Shown: positions 1-11,252 of the stretch, piece after piece
How the letters are laid out: every line of letters begins with the position of its first letter
Numbering within the stretch: the stretch's first letter is position 1
NCBI GenBank assembly: GCA_030141605.1
Contig: JAQGDQ010000023.1
Location: forward strand, 744,001 to 808,000
From: Tubiluchus corallicola
Lineage: Eukaryota; Animalia; Priapulida
Direction: 5' to 3'
DNA: 64,000 nt
Translations under genes and position numbers: made by a program
The notes under the pieces: model-generated
What the model was told of the DNA's origin: nothing
Database searches by the model: none
Seen by the model: only the letters and a program-made list of their open reading frames with translations

Positions 1-4
1 ACTT

Positions 5-3000
5 TCATTGGGAATTATAGAAAGCGCCTTGTATAGGTGACTGGTTTTCTGTTTGCATGACTCATAGTCATGCTTCTCGTATTTGTTACGGATGGCAATA
101 CTTACTTCCATATGGTTCGCTAGCATCAGTGTGCAGGTAAAACAAGAGGTTTTCATTATTTCCGGCATTGTATTGGTCAGCGTTCCATCCCATGGATGCG
201 CAAGCGTCAGTTCCACACTTGATACACAATCCTGCACTAAACGTGTCGTAGTGATTGCACTTGTACGCACGATAAGAATGCGATGAACGAATGCTGTCCG
301 TGAAGAACTGATATGCGCGACTATGGCTACAAACTACAAACAAAAAAAACATTATATTATAATAAAAATAAACATAAAAATACTACCTAAAATTATTGAT
401 ACTTCTCTTTCTTTGTCTTTCGAAATGTGAGTGCAAGACGTGTCACTAGAAGATATTTTCGAAGCTACTTTAAAGGTGCTTTAGACGACTGAGAGAAAGA
501 GAAATTTGAAGAAACGAATTGAGAGAATTAAGCATGAATATGGAAAATTGGAGCGATGATAGAAAGAAATAAAGAACAGTGGAGAAAATGTAAGATATTC
601 AAAAATGTATACCTCCTCGTTCAACGTCGCCATTTGTGTAGTCACCAGCGTAAAACTGCTCAGCATTGTCACTAAGACCACACCCAGGTTGATTGGTGCC
701 TCCGTTAGGATAAAAATCAACGTGACCTACAGGCTGGTTAATACCAGTACCTAAAATACAGGACTACATTGTCAGCCAATTACTGTATAATTTCTTAAAA
801 AATCGGGAAACCCACAAATATTAATTAATTATTTATTTAACTAAGTAATCGTACATCTAAAGAAGCACTTTACCAAATAATAGACCTGCACGGACAAGAG
901 AAATCTACTGTCATACAAAAGCGTATGATTAAAACGCAGTGCAGAATTTCACTGCAAGGAAAGTGATGCTCCCACCAAACATACGTTACCGAGTGTTATA
1001 TGGCTGTCAGTGTGTAAAACATCCACAAATCTAGCATCTGTAGGATCTAATCTGGCTAACGGGTTGTTGCCTTCAAAGGACGGGCCGGCTGGATCCATTC
1101 CTATTTACAAAACACAAAACATGTCGTTAGGCAAAAACGATTTATTGGGCTACTCGTTTACGAAGTAGCTGTATAAAGCCGTCTATTTCGTCGTAATGCT
1201 GTTCTCATTCCCGTTTAAGTTGTTCATGTGATACGTTTTCACCCATTTTGCCAATTTTTATGCTGTGACGTCACAGTAATTTTTTGTGCCTTAAATCTTT
1301 ACAATAAAACACATTCATAGCAATGACAAGCGGGGTATTCATAAAGAAGCGAAATCATAACAACAGCAAATGCCATTTTATATGACATATGCAGGCAGAT
1401 GGGTAGAAAAAACTCAATAAGGGAAATACTCGCCTTCTGATTTACAATTAGGCGCAATCATTCACTGTTTGTAAGAAGTTACAGTAGAATTTTGTTTTAT
1501 AGATGTACATAACTAAACTTTATTACCAGACCTTATCGTACGCCTTCAAGTTGTTCGTTTGACATCGTGTAAATTTTATCTTCGTAAGCCTATTACAATA
1601 ATTAGTCTAGTACATTAATTATAAGTAACTGCTACTTTTACACCTGTTATACGGCCCATGTTAGTAATTCTTTCACCAGCATACCCAGCAACGTGTCCAC
1701 CTAGACTGTGTCCAATTACGTGAAAATCTGCAGGGTTAGCACCAAATGAATTCTACAAGGAAACAGAGGCATATTGCAGAAATAGAAACCATACTAATAT
1801 ATTGTTGAACAGAAATAAAGTATAAGAATAAAGAAAGCTCATATGGAAATATTTCAAGCAACTGTGAGCGCAAAATGCAAGCAACGCAATAGAAATAATG
1901 ACTATAATATACTTTTTTGAAAAATTCCGTATAAAAAATCGTGTTTAATTAAGACAATTTTAATAGGCTGGTGTACCCGAAGCAAAGAAAGTTTGTTTCT
2001 AAGGTCTACCACTGAATTTACATTTTTACGTTTGTTTTTTTCACATAATTTATGTGAGACTATCTTATTTCATAGTTTTGTAACATGTGTCACACAAACC
2101 ATCCTTGCAGGCCAAATATAAGAATGTATGTTCTGTAACTGAATTAAAAAACAAACTAAAAATCTCAATCAAAGAAACCTATAAAGATTATTGCAGTGTA
2201 TCGTTCATTGAAATATTTAAACCAATAATTATCATTCCAAAAATTCTCGTAAATTTCTCAGTAACAACAACAACAACAACAACAATAATAATAATATTAT
2301 TAACAACAATAACTCTTAACCAGCGCCGGATTTTGACCTTTTGGTGCCCTACTCTAATGATATTTTTGGCCCTTCACACGGTGCACTCGCCCTCGCCGTC
2401 TTGAATATTTTTACTCCTGATATTCTAGCGACGTTTACATAGCTTGAAATAAACTTATTCTAAATTCTTTAAATAAACTAGAATAGCTCAAATAAAGAGC
2501 TTCACACATGGGCCTCTTATCTCAAGTGAAGGATCTCAAACAAGGGCCCTTTATATCAAATAAAGGATCCTTACGGGAGTCCATTAGCTCAATTACGGGG
2601 TTACAAATGGGTCACTTTTCAAAATTGCACGCCAAAATTAACACAACTTATTTTTGGATTGTACAAAGTTTTTCGTCAGTTCTTAAAACATGATATGATT
2701 GTTAGCAATGTCTAACCTAAAGTTTGACACCCAATGGTATTTTGTCGTTAATGATGCTCTATACATATTAGAATAGAGATTCTACACATACCTATTTTTT
2801 CTGATTATACGTGTAATCGACAAATGATGCGCCGCGGTTTGACTTGCAGTTTTGTTTATAATTTAATGCTTTTCGTATGTACATTTCCTCTTAAATTTCT
2901 CATGAGGGATGAATGTGGAAATTCACAGTCTTACAGAGAAAATTCACGACGTCACACTTACAACTGTACTCAGGTATTTTTATTTTTAAGTTAAAAGAAC

Positions 3001-6000
3001 TACCTGTTGAATATAATGATTACATACTTACAGGATATAAACCTAAAATTTATCATTAAATTACCCTAAGTTACCAACGTCCGCTTACCATAAGGAGTTT
3101 TATGACTTCAGCTATTTCGGCTCCTACAACTCTAGTATTGGCAACAGCTTGAGGATAATCCAGTCCTAAAATGGAATTTGCACCTTTCTCCCAGTCGACA
3201 ATAATTACGTTATAATTGCCCTTGTCTAGTATGGCGTTCTTCATATCCTATACAGTTAACATTTAGAACGTTAGTGCCGTGGTTTTCATAGCAGTAATGT
3301 AACGGCTATTTATGTCATCGACATAATCATCATCGTCGTTATTATCGCCAGTATGATCACTATCATGTCGTCATCACAATCACTCTTCATCGTCATTGTC
3401 ATCGTACCTCTCATTTCATCTCGTGGGTAAACAAGACTAACAAACGTCTTATTGACCCACTGAAATAATCACAAAGCAAAAGATAACAATAAAAAATTCC
3501 AGATGGAGCCAGTTGATATGGAGTAGCAACAAGTTTCCAAAATAATCTACTCTTAGTGCTTAACTAAGGAAAGTACAAACATAGTAAAAAGTTTACAAGT
3601 ATTGATACATTTTCGCGTGCAAACAGGAACACCGATTAGGAATTTTCCCATCCTCCTACATTAAAAAGACTAGCTGGTGTTCAAGCATTGGGAGGATTCT
3701 TATCGGCTTGACCAGTCGGCTTTTCCAACAGTTAGGGGCTTGACCAGTTGGAATGTTTCCTAGAAAATACTGTCTTTTTATAAACTCTGTTGTGCACAGC
3801 AGATGTGTGGACAATCAGAAAGTAGAAATTATCTCAATATAAAGTGGATCAAAAGATAAAAATTAGGGACGGTATATGTTAAAATAAGCACACATCAAAG
3901 GGAAATCATTGTATTCACTCAGCGAATAACCAATAGGTTGCGCATCAGAAGGGTAAAACCCTAAAGAATAGTATTCAATCAGATAGCTCTTGTTAGCCAG
4001 CAGAATTGACTGGGCAATGTGCAGCCGACTACCATGCATTGTTAGCTATAAAGGAAATGTTTAGAAGAAGTTTTCTTGAAAACTTGACAAGCGCTAACTA
4101 ACTTACAACAAACTTACAAGTATCAACTGCAGCAGCAAGCAAACGCTGTACATAGCTACTGGTCCTAGATTGTCAATTAATTACACACAGAATTCCAAGC
4201 TCACAACTAACCGAAATAAAAAAATTAATTTAATTACTTAGAATCCGACTAGAGATCTAACATTGGAAATACTGAGTTTCGTTGACCATCTATAAGGCGG
4301 AACTTGCATTGATAAATAGGGAATAAGGTGGCCTAGTTGTCTAAATCCAAAATGTTCGCATTGTAAGCAAAAGGTTCAGATCTCGGCATTATTCCATTTT
4401 TTTTCACATTTCTTCTTTGATGTCAAAATTTAATTTATTGTTGATTTATACCATTCAATATTGATCTTAGAATTGAAAATTTTTAAAACTGATGGTGTAG
4501 GTTTACCTGTATCCAGCTGTTAGTTCCTTTACTGTTCCAGCCATGTGTGAGAAATTTTGTTGACCGAGAGCTGCTCCAGTACGAAGAAGAGATACTGCTA
4601 CCCCCATCATCATACTTCAAATTCTGCAACAATAACACAGTTTATAGCTAGCGCTTTGTTGTTTATCAGAGACAGGGTGTTTTCATAACAGCGCATGTTC
4701 AAGAACTCTCGTAAAACACAATGACTCAAGTTTATGCAAGAATTAGAAATCTGTGAGGGCTATATATATATATATTCAGCTTCCCGTATCACTGCCATTC
4801 ATTCCAGAACAAAACTTCATAATATTCACTCTGTCTTCACCTGAGAGACATTTTCAAAACACGCGTCAGCGACAGCACGACATTTGATTCCATCAAAAGA
4901 ATCATTTTTTGAAAAAAAAGATTGAGCCCCAAAATCATGCTTACAAGCCCACTTTTCTAAATCGTTTGATGCTTTTTCCTCTCTCTAATTATTTGCTTTC
5001 TTAGCTCATGTCCACAAAAGCGAGTGCCCTAATCTGGAAGACATGGGCACTTCCATCGTTAGGAGAGTCACCGTCCTTCCACCTGTTCATAATTTGGATG
5101 CACTATTCTCCACTATTCTAGTTTGTTTTCACTGTCATGAGACTATTAGCGCAAGCAACAAGGTTTAAAGCAATGAGTAAGCTACCTTGCTCTAAAGGGT
5201 GGGCACTCGGTGACAATAGAACCTTTCTCCACGCCGTTTCTCTCCTTAACTACTACTTTGTCTCTTTTGCTGTATATTGTCTTGTGTATGAAACAAAAAA
5301 AATTAAATAAAATTAAATTCAATACCTGATATGAATTACGGTTTGATCGCGTGTACAACCAAAATCCAGTGCTGATATACTCGGGTGATTGAGGATTCCT
5401 GTTGGGATAAATCCCTCCGGTTTCAAAGCAGCCTATGATCTCATAGCACACAGTCCCTAGCATTCAAAACGGAATAATAGTAAGCATCATCTTATTTAAG
5501 AGACGTCTTCTTTATTAAACTAACAATTTTATTAAAACAGTTTTTATTCTGATCCTATAATAAGCTCAAGTGAACTATTCTAGTACCAAAAGCAGAACAA
5601 ACAATGCAACAATCATGTGACGTCATCACGCTTCAAAACAAAACTGTTCACAAGAACAACAACAACAAAGCCAAGCACTAGACATCTCATTCTGGGATAT
5701 AACAATTAAAGGAGATGGTTTACTTGCCAGGAAACGAATTCTGTTGCTACATTTTAACCTATTCCTACGTAGTTTGTTAACCGCACAGTGATTATTTACC
5801 CTTTATTGCGAGGGTAATATCTTTAAAAATATAAAGATATAATCTTTTTAAAATATTAATATATAAAGAACTCAGCTGGCAGGTAACGTGTCGAGTTGTA
5901 TGATGAATTTCTATTCAATTATCCAAATGTCACTCAAATCTACAAATGCGTCCAATTAACAATTGGAAAGCTTTTTTTGATCAAAACACTGGCAATTTTC

Positions 6001-7153
6001 TTACTTGAGAAAGTGGTGTATATTTGAACAAAATTGTAATGGAAAGCTCTTCTGTATTTCTAGATTTTGTACAACACAGTAGAAGATTACCTTCGGCTTA
6101 AAGAAAAAGAAAACCCTTCACTTACATGAAGCCTAAAAAGTTCGTCTTGAAATTTTGTACTACTTACATACTATCTTTTTGCGTACAGGGCTTGCGTCCG
6201 CAGCAACACTTTATAAAACTTGTAAATTTAAACTCCCACGATGACCGTTAGATGTAGCCATCTTGACGATAGGTCATTTGAAATAAGTTTAGATACCACC
6301 GAGTAAGGTTTGAAAAAGAATAAAAGCATTCGTAGCACACTCGTCACTAACCGAGAAAGATTTTAAATTACAATATCTTGTCAATAAGATTAAAAATACG
6401 TTTTTTGGTTACTGAGTGATGAATCCTAGAGTCAATGACACTTTACGAATTGGTGAAAATATTTTAAATAATTAATAATTTTCTTCTCTAGTTACCTTAG
6501 TCTTTCAAGCAGGTAAGCGAAATGCTAAGTAATATAACTTTGCATGGAAAGTTTTTTGGAACATACTTTAACATTTATCTTTCTTCCCCTGATTTACGTT
6601 GTGCGTGTATGACATCATGTAATGGCGCGGTCGGAACAGTATGGCGGGAGATTTAAAATGAAAACACACAAAAAATCCTTTCAAGGAGATTTTTCTGAAA
6701 CGTACTTAAGGTACCCCTTTTCTTGTCCTTTAATATAAACCATATGCGAATAGAGCAAAAAAAATTCTAGTTTTTTTCAGAACTGCATGACAGCTTTCTA
6801 TTTGCACGAAACCTTCTATTTGCACGAGTTCTTTACCTTCAGATTATTTCACTTTTAAATTAGCACAACATAATTACTTTACAGCTTCTATATTTACACG
6901 CTCTTATCACAGTGCTTCCGTTTTATACGGTACGTTTTCCGAGTAAGGCGCAATATTTAGGTCCAAATAGTAAATACTGCAATAGGACATGCTGTAAATT
7001 ATTGATGCAGAAGGACATGATTATGTTGTTCTGGAAAAATTAGTTTTCCAAAAGATAAAAAATCTTACTTTGTTCCTGTTCTTTAAGTGGCGTTGTCTGT
7101 CCAAATACGAAGAAGCAAGAAAATACTAATAGCAGCAGCGGTTTGTAAGCCAT
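5..7153 (-). CDS. Secreted pancreatic lipase / phospholipase A1 family protein (spliced)
   Basis: Phase-compatible GT-AG exons: 7153-7069 (signal peptide [18 protein letters not shown]), 5456-5326 (VCYEIIGCF), 4623-4507 (KFLTHGW), 3247-3089 ([18 protein letters not shown]), 1752-1644 (nucleophile elbow [10 protein letters not shown]), 1100-990 ([22 protein letters not shown]), 750-613 ([14 protein letters not shown]), 333-106 (CSHSRA). The Ser-Asp-His triad is intact. The 3' end is uncertain: a last exon 48-5 ([14 protein letters not shown]), read-through to the stop at 86, or an exon left of the window. Confidence 0.9.
4322..4437 (+). mobile_element. Degenerate tRNA-derived SINE-like copy
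   Basis: A-box-like TGGCCTAGTTG and B-box-like GGTTCAGATCTC. The downstream tttttcacatttc...tcaaaattt tract resembles the copies at about 10790-10996. Confidence 0.4.
6227..6657. mobile_element. Possible MITE in lipase intron 1
   Basis: Imperfect terminal inverted repeats TTTAAACTCCCACG ... GGCGGGAGATTTAAA. No TSD identified. Confidence 0.3.
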
Positions 7154-7900
7154 TCTTTTCCAGAAGGAAAAATCTACATTCAAATTTAATATATCTGATT
7201 GGTTGTATAAAAATGGAAGTAATGTACTGACAAGTTTTTACATTCAACCTTTAAGAAACAAACATGAAAAATTCTTTAGTAAAATGCCACATGCAAGTAA
7301 TCATACCTGGGGATATTACGCGTATGTTTCGTAATTGCATCACAAAAAGGCCGCTCATCAAAAACAGTCACAAAAATTGGTTAACAAAAAAATCACACAA
7401 TAGCGGTAGTTTGCACTTTTCTTTTTTGTGTCTTCCTACATGATAATTAGTAAATAAGGTTATAATATTTGTAATGTGAGATTCCGACTCTAGTCATTTC
7501 CAATTTCCTAAAACACCCTAACAACCCCAAAATCTTGTTTATTGATTTTTTTATTTTTTCCTTTCTCTTAACGAAAGTCGAAAACGGTAAATAAAGCACT
7601 CGTCCGTGTCCTTTAAATTCTGTAGCGAAACTTTTTTATTACGTGTTACAAGATGTGACCCTAGATAGACATTTAGGAGGAACACCTGCGCTTGTCGGTT
7701 GAGAGTGAACATGCAGGCGGCTTACCAGCTAGGTGTAGACACCTTGGCTTGGAATTCCCGGTAGCACATAAGCATTTTTTCAATTTTTTGAAAAACAGTT
7801 TATTTAATCACGCAAGCAGTAAGTTATAACTACCTCGTGCCAAAAGCGAAAAATACACAAAAAATTAAAAAATACTATATATATATATATATATATATCA

Positions 7901-8305
7901 CATGTATACCATTAAAATTAAAATCTTTAGTCCATCAAAATTTGTAGCAGTGTAAGTAGTACTCATTCACAAATCTCAATAAAGGATGACAATTTTTCTT
8001 CAAGTATTTACGTGTGTTTAATAAACAATCATTGGTATATATTCATGTAATATATATATATATATAATACTTCTAAGAATTATATTATAATAGATATATA
8101 TTATATATAATTGTATATAGTAGATTATTATAGATATAATTATATGCATGTATGTATAACAACGATGGTTTATAAAACACACGTAAATATTAATACTTGA
8201 AGAATAATTGTCATCGTCCCCTTTATTGAGATTTGTGAAAGAGAACTATTTACACCGCTATGAACTTTAAAGGACTAAAAATTTTAATTTTAATGTTATA
8301 CTTAC
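7901..8305. repeat. Long imperfect inverted repeat (about 150-bp arms) around a TA-rich spacer
   Basis: attaaaattaaaatctttagtcc...ttcacaaatctcaataaag...tttacgtgtgttt (7911-8019) is reverse-complementary to aaacacacgtaaa...ctttattgagatttgtgaa...ggactaaaaattttaattttaat (8175-8294). Confidence 0.8.
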
Positions 8306-10789
8306 GATTTAAGTTGGTGATAAATGATACTTACTCTAAACAAAACTTGCTGCTGCTGCCCACTTGACGTCAAAGCAGTGTAACAACACTGAATCAAAGG
8401 GCAGAGTATTTCCATTCTTATTTATCTTATCTCAGATTTTAACTTGCACGCAGCACACTTGACAGCCGAGAAAAACTGCAAGACGGTGAAATAGAGAAAC
8501 ATGAAATATTAAATATTGCAGGTCTAACTAGAGAGTATTTGGTGCCTATAGTTTACACATCTAGAGTTCATAAATCATAATTGTAAGGTATTCGTTGTAT
8601 TCTGTACTAGTATAACTTTCATAGCTTAATGGTAATGCATGAGGAAGTTCAATGTTCGATACCATGGACAGGGTAACACCCATCCTTCAAGTTTTTCTTG
8701 AATTCAAGAATTCTACATAAAATGGGGCGTATATTGCCCTAATTTGTCATTGTTGTTGTCGTCATTGTCAACATCGCAGGCGGTATTTGCCGCTGCCAAA
8801 GCTATTTTGCTGCTCCTAGCTCTTGTAGAATAGGCAGTTCAACATTTTTTGATAATATTTCTTTTGCAATTTACCACCTTACAAAATAGTACGAATTTTG
8901 AATATATCAACTAAATATGCGTTTTCTATAAACGTATTGTTTTATTTTATTGTTTTGTAATGTACGTTGTGTGTTACTGTTTTTACATAAATGTCCAAAG
9001 TAAATTTACATATTTTTAAAGGAGCTAATTATGGTAGAGTGGTCAATAAACTTCCAATAAATATAATGGCTTTCTTATAACAACAAAAAAGTCAAAGCAG
9101 TGTCGAAAAAATTCTAGATTGCCTATACGTAGCAGCAAATCGTTGCTGTTAGAGTAACTAAACAAAAATTAAAACAAAAACAAAAATAAATAAATCTAAA
9201 CTGAAACTAGGATGGAAGAAATGGAACTGCAAATCGATCTAAATTACAATTAAAAGCAGTAGCATAGGAACCAAAACAAATTTGCTGCAACGTAACAATC
9301 TTATTGTCAACAAAATTCAAAATTAATCATTCCAGTTTCCTTAGAGTTTTGATATCAAATTTCAATGAAGCAATGCACACTTATATTCATGTTCCGTTAT
9401 TATAATTATAAGACATAATAATTACATTGTGTGACTTAGGTAATGCAACAAGTCAAAAATTTAGAGGAGCGTTAATTATTTCCAAAAATCCAATCCTATA
9501 GGCCTATATATGTGTGTGTAGATATTATATCTATATACGAAGTTATAACACTACAAGTTACAAATTAACTCTCCGATATGAAGACTTGAGAAACTGTCAG
9601 CTGTTTGCATGATGTTTATTTTGTCTGATAAGATGTTATTGCATTTTTTCTGATGTGATGTTCACGTATTACCCTGTGAAAGTCATGACCTACGCTTACT
9701 TTATCACGTATTAAAATTACAAACATCTGTAATGCAAAAAATTCATAATAAATAACGCATAAAATAAGTTTTAAATTTGATCGTTAATACTTCTATAGTG
9801 CTTCAAGCATATGCACCCAATAAAAATAATTATGTAATTTTATAAATACTAATGTTTCGCATTCATTACCGTGGGAATAATTATTATAGTCTTGCGTGAA
9901 TTCTAAAAATGTTATAAGCATAAATTGCTATATCATAACATTGTATAATTATTGTAATTTATTGTTTTAGTGTTAACTGCAAATCAAAAACGAATTACGG
10001 CTCACTGTGTATGTATAATAATATATTTTATTAATGTTTTTACCCGGACATACCAATTAAAACTATAATGAAAAACTTTCTTACAAAATGAATCCTACAT
10101 TACAAGTTATTATATCCAAATCGTCATTACTTTTGCAGTTTTGTTGGGAACAATTATCCAGGATAAATATGAAGGCACACTATTTATAAACTGCCAGAAC
10201 AAGTTAAACATTTTGTACAAAGTCAACAGAAAATGGCAAGAAATGACAATTTTCAGACATGCTTGCAATTACCAAAAAGACTATCTCAATAAGGGGTAGC
10301 AATAAGACATTCACTGTTTTGCCACCATTTATGCTTTTTACTGCACAGTGAATTCATAGCTGATAGTTTCTACATAATAGTTTAAGCGTAGCAGATATTA
10401 TGTTCTCTGATTACAATAAGGCAAGGAAAAAACAATTTCTAAGCAATATAATAATTGTAAAGAGAAAACACAGAAGCAAGATACAAAAAATTATAAAGTC
10501 CTAGACCTAAGTGTAAAAATTGGTAATGTATTATTATTTCAAATTGTTCAACTGAAACATGTGTGAGTTTGAAAGAAAACAAGTATATTGAGGGCAAACA
10601 CACACACAACTACTGCATGATAGTGGACATTTTTGAGCTACCAAATCAAGTAAAAAATAAAATGCAAGAAATTCTTACAGCAGTACTCTCTCATTTAACT
10701 ATAATTCTCTAGCACAAGCTGAAATGTATCACATTGACCTCTAAACAATGTACAGCATGATAGACAAACCTGCAATTTATTTAATTTTG

Positions 10790-10996
10790 AAATCGAACTT
10801 TGAAAAACAGGAAATGTGAAAAACTTGAAATACAGCATAGATTTGAACCAAGTACCTGCTGTTTAACAAGACAGATGCCATAACCACTAGGTAGACTGGG
10901 GTGTCCCTCAATCTGGCTTGTACCCAAAAGGTTCTTGGTTCAAATCCAAGCTATGTCCCAACTTTTTATGTTTTTTGTTTCTCAAAGTTTGGTTTC
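10790..10996. mobile_element. Two head-to-head degenerate tRNA-like/SINE copies forming an inverted repeat
   Basis: Minus copy ...cctagtggttatggcatc...acttggttcaaatctatgc...tcaaagttcgattt; plus copy ...ttcttggttcaaatccaagc...tcaaagtttggttt. B-box GGTTCAAATC is present in both. Confidence 0.55.
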
Positions 10997-11252
10997 AACA
11001 ATTGTGAGTTTACATCATCATTAATAATAATATTCTTCAGACTAAGATTATAAATAATTAATACACAGCACACAAATATGATAAGCACCACTGTTGTAGG
11101 ATTTGAAGTATTTTTAGGGATAGTAAATTGCCATCATGAATTTCTCAACCACCATCAACTAACTTTTATTATTAAGCACAAGCCATAAAATGAAGCGAAA
11201 ACTTGGACTTGAGCAATGAAGACTAGACTACATCACACGTAAACATGTAAAA

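Noticed and set aside
8620-8685. tRNA-like fragment (TAGCTTAATGG...GTTCGATACC)
   Set aside because: The anticodon arm is missing and the fragment is too short and degenerate to call.
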